Source of the DNA: Takakia lepidozioides
Lineage: Eukaryota; Plantae; Bryophyta
Direction: 5' to 3'
DNA: 64,000 nt
Assembly (NCBI GenBank): GCA_030704615.1
Contig: CM060732.1
Span: forward strand, 42,470,001 to 42,534,000
The notes below the pieces were generated by a model. The model was not told the origin of the DNA. It did no database searches and saw only the letters and a list, made by a program, of their open reading frames with translations. The translations under genes were made by a program, and so were the position numbers. Positions 41,001 through 53,280 of this stretch are shown one piece after another (the first letter of the stretch is position 1; every line of letters begins with the position of its first letter).

Positions 41001-44000
41001 GTTAACAAAGGGAAAACCAGGGGGCATAGCAGAAGGTTTTATCCACCCAGATGGGGGGCACGCTGATGTGCCAGCACAGACAGATTCCAACACTGAGGAT
41101 AGACACCCCTTCTGGGAGGTTCTGAAGAGACCAGCAACGGCCCCAGCGAGAATGGTGACAGCAGAGATGGAGGAGTTTCTCATTGGATCCAGTGACAAGC
41201 AAGAAGCAGCGAAAGGTGATGCTCAGATTTCTGCTGATGGAACGGTAGCAACAGGTGGGAGCAGCACTGGGGAGGCAAGCAAGGGTGATGATGGTGGAGA
41301 GGACCAGGAGTGGGGAGCAGGACAGTCAATAAAGGACTTGGCAGCAGACACTATTCTCCTTTTGGAACAGATGGATCTGGACAGTGCCATGGCTTCCAAA
41401 GTGCGAGGACTTCTAGCAAAACTTCGTAGGCTCAAAGTAGCAGGAGTGGATGAGCTTGATGATGGTGATGCAAGTGGAGAGGGGTCCAAAATCGAAGCAG
41501 AAGCTGGCCCTGAAGAAACTGGGGGGGGTAAACGGAAAGGGAAAACTCGGTAATGCCTATACACCACTTCAGTTGGCCAATGTGAAACCTTCATAGATCA
41601 TTGGTTCAAGGCCAGGTTTTCTGTCTAGGCTTCCTGAGTCATGGTTGAAGAAATATAATGAACTTGCCTTTACAGATATAATTCAACCATCTTACACAAC
41701 ATAAAACTAAAGCCTGTCAACCCAATGCAGAGTTCAGAGATTAAAAACCAGGTTCTGCACTACTTCATTGCTTCATTTAGCCTTTGTTATACTGAGGGTA
41801 GGTAAGAGAGATCTGTGGGGGTCGCTCTTGGCCCATTATGCTGTGGAGTCAAATTGAGGAAGATTTTGAAACCTCTTGCCAAAAAACCAGCCACAATGCA
41901 GTCCTAGTCTCTTTGGTGATTAAGTTGCCCAACAGAACCAGGAAATAATCTCCATCCAATGGAAAATACTTATTTCATCCACACTCACTCGACACATTTC
42001 TCCTTGATAGAAGTGATCGACCATAAGCCAGAGACCAGAGGAACATTTCATTATAAATTTGTTCCTCAGCTTCATTGTATTTTTAAGAGTGTTACCTGCT
42101 TGAATGATGAATTGGATTCTTTGCTTCAAAGGCATGTTAGAATGACATATTGCGCTTGGATCTAACTTTGTGAAACTGGTGCCAGGGGTTGGGGTAAATT
42201 GAGGCAGGGAATGGAAGACAGCAAGAAGAATGAAAATCAGTTCTTCACTGTTGCTACAGAGCTCCTGCGGACTAGGAGAACCTCCAGTTTGAAACCGTAC
42301 GGATAGAATTCTCTCCCTTGAAGCTTTGTCAGTAGATACATGTGTAAAGATCAACTTTAATTGTCACCATGCCTTGAAAAGGGCAGATTTTATGTGAGAG
42401 AGAGAGAACCAAGAAATAAGGGTCTTACGGTCCTTAGAACAGGAGGAAAACCATATCACACGACTCCAAATGTTGCTCTGAAAGTGGAAGACCCAGAGGG
42501 CCCATGTGACGCTAAATCAGTACAGAATACACACACAGGGAAAGAAAGGAACGAAAGATTTGTTATGTGGGAGCCCTGTGAGAGGCTTAAAGGGCCAAGT
42601 GGGAGAAATGAAATGGTGCTTTATAACGTCCGCGGAAAGCTCATAGAGCTTATGGGACAAAATGGAAGAGGAACAATCCAGAAACCACAATTAATGTTCT
42701 AGCGATTGTCTAAGGGTGAAGGCCTCGTGCAGGTAGGCTGCCAAGCATTTTTTATCCTCTGGAGAGAAAGTAAGAAAAGGAACTTCATGAAGTCCACACA
42801 GAGAGACTATGTTTCATATGCAGATATAATTGAGTTTATTTTCCTCTTGGTTTAGGCTCAAGCCAAAAGACCTGCCATTTGTCCCTCTGGGCTTTGCCAA
42901 GCTGATGAAAATGAACCCACCCCCAAAGGTTGTCAGGTCCTTCAACGAGCACCAGGTTTAAACTTCAAACAATGCCTCTTCATGGTGGTCAATGTTTGGA
43001 AGATGGAATGTGCCATCCTCCATTTGGAGTCCCTTTTGTGAGTGCCTTTCTAGGTTGGACTGCCCTCAAGGCAGGGTGGACCCTTCTGGCACCAGTCAAG
43101 TTTATTGCTCTAAAAGAGAGTGCTCTGGATTCTCTAGACAACCATGTGATTTCTGGGCATAATGACCAGTAATTTATACACCAAGTTCCCTTTGCAGACT
43201 CCCCAATGTGCTTCGCTTTGCTCTCCACTGCTAGTCCCCTGCTTGATACACCCTGATCTTTGTAAGCTACAGGCTGAAGATGAGGTCCCTGCTTCACAAG
43301 TAGGGAATAACATGCCATAGAAATACACTTACCGATCATTGATCATTCCTGCAGCTGACAAAGCTTCTGGAGAGCCTCTACAGTGCCAAGATAGTAGCAG
43401 ACAGTGTAGATGATGCTTCCGACAACGAACGGCAGACTGCCTGTGAGTTCGTTTATGACTTCATGCTCAACAATTATGGGCTCAAAGGGCTTGCGGAGTC
43501 AGCTGTTCATGGAGTTTTCAAAAAGATCAAGCAACTAATCATGAACAAGGGCATTGAAAAGTCCCATAAGGTATCATCTTTCGCCCTCTCTGTCCTCTAT
43601 TCTATGAGCCCAGCAGAGTAGAGAGAGACACCACAAAGGAAAAGTGGAATAGAACAACAGAATCACTGAAAAAGAGAGAAGAAAGAGGATAAAAGAAATG
43701 AAATGAAATGGTACTATATAACGTCCGCGGAAAGGTCAAAGAGCTTCTGGGACAAAAGGGGAAAAAACATGAGAGAGGAAACAAAAACTATCTCCTTCCC
43801 TTCTGAGGGCATTGGGGTGGTTCAGGGTGGGCTCCCACAATCTACGGATCGAGACTGGCAGATGGGAAAACCTGCAACGGGAGGACCGCCTATGCCCAGC
43901 TTGCACCGGGCGCAACCAGTGAATTGAAACTGAAGAACACTTCTTCTTTTATTGCCCTCTATATTACGAGATCCGTGGGAAATTCTACTGTCTATTCCGC

Positions 44001-47000
44001 GGAATTAAATCTCTCACTGAAGTCTTCCACTATGACGATCAGAAATGCTTGGCTGCTTACCTGCACGAGGCCTTCACCCTTAGACAATCCCTTGAGCAGC
44101 GCCGAAAGATAATTGGGCCGCAAGATTCTACCATCTCGGAGAACCAAGAATGTCTCTCGTAGAAATGGAGCTTTGTTGTGAGATTGGTAGCTTCCAAGTC
44201 CTCCTGACATGTAGTTCCATAAGCTCCCTTCTAGTGTTTCTGTTGCGATCCTGTTTGGATGTGATTTCCACCTCTTCTGGATTCTCTGGTGATAGTGAAG
44301 CAATAGAGAGTTCATTGCGCTAAGAAAAACTGCACACGCTAGCATACCAGGAGTGCTTGAAACCTGCTGTTTTGCGAGGGCTCTTGCCACGAGCCCCTTG
44401 GGTGCAAGGGCTTGTAACCTATGAAGAAAGATTGTAAGCCGGAAGAGGGCCTCGGTTTGAAGTGGCACGCATGCAAACTCTGCACATAGGATGTGAGATG
44501 GAGTTGGGCCTCTGGCTCCAAGCATTGCTTGGAGAAAAGATGACTGCAATGGTTCCAGATTCTTTTCCCACCAGGAAACTGGGACACCAGGTGCCCAGAA
44601 CTCACAACCATAAGTGGCGGCCGGGGTGACAATGCTGTCAAATAGCTACTTTTTGGTTGGGGGGTGGCGCAGATGTATCTGTTTGCATTTGGCCTGAAGG
44701 TGGATGGAGGCCGCCTTGCCCTTCGTCAATCTGTCCAGGGCAGTTGATGCAAACTGGAATTTGGGGAGTGGACAACCAGACCCAGATATCGGTATGTATT
44801 GACAGTCTCCATTGAAGATGAATCTGCGCTCCGCCTGGCCATTGAAAACCATGATCTTGGTTTTGGTAAAGATGGACTTGCAGTCCATAGTCTTTGGAGA
44901 ACTCTTCCAAGATGTGGAGATGGCGTCAGCGTAGAGGAGATCTGATTGCGGTGGTCCCCCATCCAACGGCATCCCAACACCATGGTTATTTGAGATGTAA
45001 CCCTCCAAAGCGTCCATGTAGATCCCGAAAAGGGTAGGTGAGAGGGGGCAGCCCTGTTTGACCCCAATGTTGCTATGCACCTCTGCTGAGAATTCCCCCG
45101 CGACGTTGACCATGCCAATGACAATCTCATACACGGAAGAGATGGCATATAGAATGTCCGGAGGGACTCCCACCCTATGGAGCCGTCGGAAAAGAAGGTC
45201 TCGGGGAACCGAATCAAAAGCTTTTCGAAAGATAGGAAATTTATGTGCGCAGGAGGTCCTAAGAGGCACAAGTAGAACAAGAGAATTAAGGCGAAGAACA
45301 AACTGTAGAACCACAGAAAACTAAAGCTCCAGTGAAAAATAGGACGAAAGAAAGGAAGAAACTTTGAGAGAGCTGAAAGTCAATCTTTGCTCAGTAGGTA
45401 AGACGTGAACCCCAATTTCAGGACTGTATGTAGCTTTGAAGCGGTTGTGCTCACAATACATGAGGTTGTTGAATTGGCATAGTAAATTTGACCGGTGTTG
45501 ATTTGCAATAAGCCCCTGAGTGTTTTTCTCCGTGCATCTGGTTAAGGTCAAGCGTTAAGAGGTTCTCCTTTGCTCACTTCTCCAAAGGCCCGTCATTTTG
45601 CAGATAAGGCTATTCCAGCGGTTCTGCGGCTTTGATCCAGCCAAATCATACGGTGAGCCCAACCTCTATCTCTATCTGAAAGTCCTTGCAAAGGCAGCCA
45701 GTAAAGTAGGGGTACTCTTCCAATCTGAACTCGACGATGGCACCAACTTTGTCAACTGCGCACAAATTGATTATCTGACGGAGGAACCGACCCTCATCAC
45801 CCACTTTAATGGCTCAAAGGAGGCGGCCTCTGACTTCCTTAATAAGTTCGCTGCAGCAAATGCCACCCTTGAAAAAACTTCCAGTGAGGTACACTACCAA
45901 TCTCTCAGCATCCACATTCTTTCAGGCTTTTCCTATTGAAAATATGTGATTGTACCTGCTGACTTTGCTTTCCATCTGGCCCCCTCTTGCTGTAGTGCAA
46001 TAATTTCTTCTTCTGTCAGGGATGGGTGAATGGATACATCCCTCTCTCTCTTTCCACCTTCAGAGTTGCTCTGTTAGTTAGCAGTATTAGAATCTATTGT
46101 CTGTTATTTTTCTGTATGATTGCTTTCCAGAATGTCCAGAAGCTCTTTCATCTTTTTCCTTCTCTGGACGTAATAAATTTCTTCTCGGCTTCCATATTGT
46201 GTATTGAGAGAGCTAGATACTAAAAATAAGAATAGCTAAAAAGTATCACCCAGGCGAAGGGGGTTGCATTTCAGAGGTCAATCACTGAAAGCCAGGGCCT
46301 CTTTGGAGTTGCACAGTATGACATGAATGAGTTGATTCTTTCTCTCTCCCTTGGCTGCCTACCTACACGAGGCCTTCACCCTTAGACAATCGCTAGAACA
46401 TTAATTGTGGTTTCTGGATTTGTTCCTCTCTCATGTTTTCTTCCATTTTGTCCCATAAGCTCTACGAGCTTTCCGCGGATGTTATAAAGCACCATTTCAT
46501 TTCATTTCATTTCTCTCCCTCTGGGTTGAAGGGACAAGACATTGCACGTACTATGTGCTCCATACATTCTCATTCCTTGGGAAAGCAAGGAAGTCTCCAA
46601 GGTCATCAAGCTGTGTCCCTCTAATGTCGACTGCGGACAAAGAATCACCTACTTCCAAGAGGGTAGTAGCCTAATAGGACCATTGTAATTTGACCAGGAA
46701 CTTCCAACATTCTGAAGAGAGGGTAACGGCATAAACATGTTGCAAGCCTCACTTCATTCTCTTGGCACCCTGCCTGCAGACACAGCCATACATTTCCAAT
46801 CTGTGATGAATCGAGCTACACATTACAAGGTCTAAAAATCCATCTCGAGTACTCACTCACCCTGCTTATCTTATGTGTACCTGGCAAGTATTGGATGAGT
46901 TACGCCCTTGCCTGTGATAGTACTTCAACCACCTCCTGAAGGGCAGCAGGCTGCTGGAACCATGCCTGCGAAGGTTGTACCATAGCTAGTGTTCACAGGG

Positions 47001-50000
47001 CATGGCAATCTCTCTCTCTCTCTCTCTCTCTCAGAGAGAATGTTTTCATCAATCAACTCCTCGAGGATGTGGAAAGTGAGGGATTGGGTTAAGGGTGGGT
47101 GATACCACCATACCAGCCCTTATGTTTGCGGATGACTTCGCAGGCATAGGGGAGACTCCAACCAATCTCCAGGAGTTGATTGATTGCGCGAAGAGATACT
47201 TTGATCTTTGGGGGCTAGAGGCTAATGTCAGCAAATGTGCAGTGGTAGCATTCAACGACAGAGGAGAGGGAGGAAGTGATCTTAAGTGGCAGTGGGGTAG
47301 CCAAGAGATCCCGGTCCTCCCTTCCTACACTTACCTGGGCGTTGAGTTCTCCTCCAATTGTAATTGGGATGCACATATCCGGAAAGTTGTTCAAACTGGC
47401 AAGGGCAAAGCTCTGGGGCTCACTAAATTTTTCCACTGCAGAGGGGTCAACTCTGAGGTTAAGAAAACCATGCTTTGTCGCGTTATTAGACCTGCCTTGG
47501 AGGACGGATCTGCTATATGGGTTGATAACTCCAACCAGGCTAAGTCTCTAGAATCCATTCAAGTGGGGGTGCTTAAGGAGTGTATGTCAGCATGCTCCAA
47601 AACAGCCAATGTGGCTGTTCGGGGTGAGTTTGGCATTCCGTCCTTAAGCTCCCGACGAGATGAATTCAAGGTCAGATGGTGGGGTCAGCTGCAACATATG
47701 CCCAACACCAGATATCCTAAATTAATCGACTCTATATCTTGGAAACAGGACCGCCCTGTCAAACAGGCTAAGTCCTGGCAGAAGAGAGTAGAACAGATCC
47801 TCAAGGACCTGGACCTGGATCCGCAAGCCTTGACCCTGCTGGATAAATCTGACTTAGAGGCTGTAGTGTCCTCAACCATGTCTGTTGCCATGAGATTGTC
47901 TGATGAAAATGAAGTTAGGCAGAAAACTTCCCTGAACTTGTTTCCAGTCTGTGACATGGGGGAGGACATCTTGGATGACCTCAAGGGTCTACCCACTCTC
48001 GGCACTAGACTGAAATTTAAACTCAGGGCAGGAAGACTACCTTTGAACAGCAAACAGAAGCAGAGAGGAAAGGGAGAGTGCAATTGCCCGTTGTGTGGGC
48101 AATCTGAAGACAGTATTCATTTTCTGATACACTGTCCGGGGTTCTCTCACCAAAGAGACGCTCTCTTCAAATCTATTAAGGGAATTGTGCCTGTACCCCT
48201 GTTTACCAACTTTGAAAGTCTTGAGGCTGAGCCAAAAGCCCAGGCCCTCCTGAGGCCTAGTTTTTGGGCAAATCACACACAGCAGATTGATGCTTGTGTG
48301 AAGGGATTTCTAGAGGATATCTGGAAAACCCGGATTAATTCTTTATATGGAGGTAAGTCTTACTACCAACGTCAGCCCCTGACAGAGGTAGGTTCTGTCC
48401 CTTTTGTTCCCGCTCAAACTGGGCGCGGGGTCAATGGCCACAAGGCTACGGCAAACAACGTCTTATGAGTACAATCTCTCTCAGAGACGCTCTCTTCAAA
48501 TCTATCAAGGGAATTGTGCCTGTACCCCTGTTTACCAACTTTGAAAGTCTCGAGGCAGAGCCAAAAGCCCAGGCCCTCCTGAGGCCTAGTTTTTGGGCAA
48601 ATCACACACAGCAGATTGATGCTTGTGTGAAGGGATTTCTAGAGGATATCTGGAAAACCCGGATTAATTCTATATATGAAGGTAAGTCTTACTACCAACG
48701 TCAGCCCCTGACAGAGGTAGGTTCTGTCCCTTTTGTTCCCGCTCAAACTGGGCGCGGGGTCAATGGCCACAAGGCTACGGCAAACAACGTCTTATGAGTA
48801 CATTCTCTCTCAGAGTCCAGATGTTACATTGTCCAGAGATATCTCTCAGGACGATCAAGAACATTCTCCCTGCACCTCGGTTCACCAACTTTCAAATCTT
48901 GAGACTGAGCCTAAAGCCCTGGCCCTGTTGGGGTCTAATTGCTGGGCAGCTCTCACACGGCAAGTTGATGCTTGTATGAAGAGCTTTCTAGAGGATATCT
49001 GGAAAACCCAACCTAATTGTCTCTATCAAGGTAAGTCATATACCAGAGTGCGCCCCTCACAAAGGTGTACCTGTTCCCTTTTGTTCCACGCAAACTGCGC
49101 GCGGAGTCTATGGCCACAAGGCTATGGGCAAACAACGTCTTATGAGTACATTATGTCATGGAGCAGTATGAAGCATTCTGCCTATCCCTGTGCCAAACAT
49201 AAGACGGGAGGGAAACCTGTATTTGATCACAAACAAGTACACCACCACCCACCCCTATCACCTCTATGGATATGGAGTCAATTTTGAGTCTGGACCAAGA
49301 GGAAATGTGATGGTGCCTTCCTTGAAGGCCATTGTTGAAATAAATTTTTGATCTAGTCTGGAATAGACAGATCCTTTCATGTTGAGACAAGACAAGCCCT
49401 ATGTCCACGTCAAGTTCTTGAAGGCCGTTGTTGAACTTGGACGCAAATACACAGAAAGTGGTTCAAACAGTTAAACGAAGCCTTGGGTCTCACTAAATCT
49501 TTCCACTGCAGAGGGATAAAAACTGAAGTTAAAAGATTGTGCTTTGCAAAGTCATTAGGAGTTTGGCATACCTCCCTTAAGCTCTTGACGTGATGGGGTC
49601 AAGGTCAGATGGTGGGGTCAGTTGAATTGCCTGTCTAATACCATATACCCTAAGATAATCAACTCTTATCTCTTGGAAGCAAGACTGTCCTATTAAACAG
49701 GCCAAGTCCTGAAGGAAAATCGTGAAAAAGATTTTCAAGTACCTAACATTAGCCCGGTAGACTTGACCCTGCTTGATGAATCTCAATTGGAGGCTGAAGT
49801 GTCTAAAGTGTCTAAAGCCATCTCTTGTGCTCGAAGACTGTCTGATGGAAATGAAGTATGCATAAAACTTCCCTGAACTTGTTCCCAGTCTGTGACATGG
49901 GTGAGGTCCTTAAGGTTGATCTGACCTTAATTTCGGGTGGGGTCAATGGCTGTAAGGCTATGGCAAGCCAACGTTCGCAGGGAACGGCATGAGTACATTC

Positions 50001-52065
50001 TCTGTCTCTGCTTGTTAAAATCTCAAGACTGATTCCAGAGCCCTGGCCCTGTTGGGGTCTAATTGCTGGGCGGCTCACACACAGCAGATTGATGCGTGTG
50101 TGAAGGGCTTTCTAGAGGAAATCTGAAAAGCCCAAGCCAATTGTTTATAGCAAGGAAGTCCCACTACTGGAGTGAGCCCCTCAGGTAGTGTCTTCTCCCT
50201 CTTGTTCCGCTCAAACTGGGTGTAGGGTCGATAGCCACAAGGCTATGGCAAACAATGTCTCATGAGTACATTCTCTCTCTCCGCTTGTCTAATTTTGAAC
50301 GCATTGCAATAGAACTGAGAAGCTAAAGTATCAAAATCCTGACTGAAAGATGTCAATAGCTCCAATTCTACCTAAAAGAGAGAGGAATGCGGCAGTATGT
50401 CAGAAAAAGGGAAATTCTCCACCTGAGTATATTTTAGATTCTCACCTTATCAGATGTAAGCTGAAGGTTTGCGAATGACGTGACCATGTAGGTTATCAAA
50501 CTTGTAAAACTGACGCAAGTGAAAAAACTTGACTTCGACTTTCTAATGGAAGCTATTATCGAGTTCAACCCCCACAAAGTGCGTTTCCCCATCTCAATCC
50601 TATTTTGATTGCATTTGTGAATCCTTACATATGTGTCAGACCAGAAGTGACAGATTTTTCCCCTTCCATTGACCCTGCTTGTGTCTATCTTCAACAAACT
50701 AATGAAGTGTAAAGGATGGCCAAGGTATGATGTCATTGAAGGGCTGCTGGTTTCACAACTCCCAACCCTTTCTGTGCCCTTTCTTCGCTTTTCCCTTACA
50801 TCATGCTGCTCGTCTGTGAATTGTACAATTTTTTTTTTGTTGTGGACAATCTGATGCAAAATTTTCAAATTCACCTTGCCCTTGGCTTTGTTTGAGCGGC
50901 CGTATATTGAAATTATAGGGGCATTGTGTGGGGTTGGATGCAGGAGGTCAAGGGACAAGCAAGATTGATGGCTGTGACCAAGACCACCCCTCTCACCAAA
51001 GAGGAGGCAACACATCTCCCTCTGCTTTTGGAATCTTACTGCATTATGATGCCAAATTATACTAGCACTCAGTTTCATCGTCACATGTGAGAGTGGTGAA
51101 TGCACAGGAGATGGGTATTTGAAGATTTGTCATAGCTATAAAGACATGAACGTTTCTCTATATGCAGTGCATAAGAGGAAGACAAACTTAATAACGTCCA
51201 CGGGGGGTGCCAGGAAGGAGAAATTTTGTCATTAGACTATGTTTGCTGTAGCCTTGTGTCCCTAGACTGCATGGACATACAGAGCTGATGCTGTTTATGT
51301 GGATATGCCAGAGATTGGAACTGGAGAATCTCTTCATAGCCGGTGATGCCAACCAGGATGGAGTCTTGACCTTCACCGAGTTTCGTGAGATTATTAGCTC
51401 TGCTGATGAAACTGTTTCCACACAGAATGCCCTGCGGATGTTTAGAGAGATCCTACTGCTCATGCCAGATGGTGCAGGAGACAACATTAGCCCTTCAGCC
51501 TTTGCAACTGTTGCACACGCACATGGCATTAGAGCACCACCCGCTACCGTATTTGAGCTGTTGAAGAAGACGTGGATGCAGGTTAGTGAAAGAATTATCT
51601 TCCATTGAGTGGTTGGTCAATGGTTGGTTGTGGATTGCACTATCCGCTTGATTTGCATTGTTGACCACACTTGCAAGCATGGATGGTTCCAATTTTGTCC
51701 ATAACACAAGTACTAGTGAGGAGAGAGGGAAAGTGAGAAGATTAGGTAGGGTAAGGCTTAGGGATCAAACACCTATTCAGAAAGAGGGAGAGGAACCGTG
51801 GGACTAATTTCCAACATCTAACATAGTGTCAAAACTACTCATCCAGATCCAGGATGACATAAATGAAGAGAAAATGAGAGACGATGCGACAAAAAAAGAG
51901 GCAGAGGAGCTGCGTGTTGCCTTACAGCAGATGTTGGAGGAGCGATCGAATGTAACCCAAGCCGTGCGAACTTTCCAATCTTTTCTTCTCAAGTTCTGTG
52001 GGGGCAAAGGGGGAGATGAAAAGCCAACTTCTGAGGAAGAAGATGAAGATGGGAATTCTGAATGA
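32056..52065 (+). CDS. ~1290-aa protein with an axonemal dynein light chain (p28/AXDND1-like) domain, coiled coil, acidic linker and C-terminal EF-hand; exons 32056-32506, 32753-33162, 33344-33625, 33730-33924, ~35113-35277, 35779-35853, 39994-40357, 40784-41549, 42856-42955, 43355-43570, 45604-45888, 50492-50578, 51312-51581, 51847-52065
   Basis: PGKREDVQLLGEWL...AFLETVRQ/VRIECEERGDMLLHVW resembles the Ax_dynein_light motif (ELIRQV..C.ERG.LL). Also FVYDFMLNNYGLKGLAE..IRLFQRFCG and the EF-hand DANQDGVLTFTE. The exons total 3885 nt in one frame. The first intron and the 35113 acceptor are less certain. Confidence 0.75.
36184..39414 (-). mobile_element. Near full-length decayed LINE family A (ORF1 remnant, APE endonuclease, RT); 3' segment 36184-36692 inverted to +
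   Basis: VLLGDFNARVG (APE); LDVKKAYDRVW, GVAQGCTLSPLLFNVFI and LMFADD (RT). The Zn-finger region is on the + strand at 36193-36675, and 36693 onward is the reverse complement of the sequence preceding it in the 47095 copy. Confidence 0.92.
39819..39875 (-). mobile_element. Isolated degenerate LINE-A 3' terminus
   Basis: Reverse complement reads TAGCTTTTGAGGCTAGGGCAACCAACACCTTATGAGTACGTTCTCTCTTTCTCTC. Confidence 0.65.
42603..42750 (-). mobile_element. ~150-bp 3' fragment of LINE family B
   Basis: Near-identical to the reverse complement of 46351-46512; ends in a CATTTCATTTC tail. Confidence 0.85.
43697..45232 (-). mobile_element. 5'-truncated RTE-X-like LINE (family B) with (CATTT)n tail; 43791-44093 is inverted
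   Basis: FRKAFDSVPR, GVKQGCPLSPTLFGIY and LLYAD on -. LRALGWFRVGSHNLRIETGRW..DRLCPAC..ETEEHFFFYCPLY..LAAYLHEAFTLR on + (43791-44093). Tail at 43697-43713. Confidence 0.9.
46351..46512 (+). mobile_element. ~160-bp 3' fragment of LINE family B
   Basis: CACGAGGCCTTCACCCTTAGACAATC...TTTCCGCGGATGTTATAAAGCAC followed by three CATTT repeats. Confidence 0.85.
47009..47032. repeat. (TC)12 microsatellite at the 5' junction of a LINE-A copy
   Basis: Directly visible. Confidence 0.9.
47039..48482 (+). mobile_element. Young 5'-truncated LINE family A copy; uninterrupted 457-aa ORF2 C-terminal half (47095-48468)
   Basis: LMFADD, YTYLGV and CNCPLCGQSEDSIHFLIHC; the stop codon lies inside the terminal motif TATGAGTACA.TCTCTC. 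Confidence 0.95.
48483..50281 (+). mobile_element. Four further head-to-tail LINE-A 3' fragments (48483-48811, ~48855-49152, ~49480-50008, ~50015-50281)
   Basis: Each ends in GGCTA(C/T)GG(G)CAA...TGAGTACATT. 48483-48811 is a 329-bp near-copy of 48154-48482. Confidence 0.9.
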
Positions 52066-53280
52066 ACAACAGTGTGACAATGATTTCACCTGCTTTCTGT
52101 TGACAATTTTGCCAAGCACATGTGAATAAATACTTGCATAAGACCATTCAATAGTAAGATAGGGAAAGGTTGACAGTAGAATACAAAACTGGTAGGGATA
52201 CTGCATGAGTTGTTCAATCACAAAGAGGAAATGTGAACTACTTCGGCACTCCAGTACTACATCTGCACTAGGATGGCTCTGAACCTGGACTGCCAATTTA
52301 TCAGTCAATCACCCAATGTCAAAGGGAGACACAGATCACTACAACAACTCACCTTCCGATTTAACAAACTTTCTGATGTAAGAAATGTTCACTGAAACTT
52401 GTGATATTTGCGCATGTGAATCCGCTCTCCCAACTTAAAGCCTTCTACTAAAACGTTTCTTTCATGTCTTAGGCGTGAACCACTTGTTAGGAATGAGTAG
52501 GAGTCTCTGGCTATATAACGTCGACGAAGTTGCTGGCTAGCTGTTGTCTGTCTTACAATTTCACACTAGCTGCTTGGCACAATGTTTGGATTGAAATTCT
52601 TGCCACAGTCCTGCAGCTTTCCTGCCTTCATTGCAGATCTGTTCAGCAAGATGATGGATTTCATGACCACGGAATGATCCAACTCTCTCTTGTTAGGATC
52701 CAAGACTAATCGGATGCTCCACGCATGCCCAATCACTGAAGAAGGGAGAGCAATGGCTTAGGACAGCATACGTCGTGGGGGAAGAGGAACAGCAGCTAGT
52801 AGGTAAGCTAGAAGTAAGCTGAAATTCTAAACAATTATTTGTAAAATGTCCAAGTCATGAAAAATGAACCGTTGTATACCAGCGAGTACATATGCTATAA
52901 TTATTCCAGACGTTTTCCTTCTGAGGCAAGGATTGTGTTGCACATCCGACTAAGTCATGGTGATGACCTGGTCCACCCCCTTGCGGCTCCGGTTACCCCT
53001 TTTTTGGCAGGTGAAGAAGCCCTGGAAATCACGTAAAGAACTGCTCAGATTTTTCAGTGGATGTGGAGGCACTCATTCCTCCTCCTCTTAGGCATGAGTG
53101 CCTCCACCATCCATTGGAAAAGTGAGCAGTTCTTTTTTTCCTCCACATACCCTCCCGCTTAAAGTTTCCCAGCCACCTTACGCTCTGCTCCGTAAGGTTC
53201 CTCCTCAATCGTGGCCGTAGATGAAAATTATTCCCAAACCGTCTGTTCGTTCGTCCGCCGGGTAAGGCCCCCCTCCTGGG

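Noticed and set aside
40549-41553. 334-aa ORF as a stand-alone gene or LINE ORF1
   Set aside because: 40784-41549 splices in phase with neighbouring exons of the large host gene.
48369-48465. HDV-like or hammerhead ribozyme in the LINE-A 3' module
   Set aside because: The order of stems superficially fits HDV, but L3/P1.1 do not match and covariation supports simple hairpins instead. There is no CTGATGA/GAAA hammerhead core.
50434-51105. 223-aa ORF on the - strand
   Set aside because: Antisense to a host exon and intron with no protein-like features.
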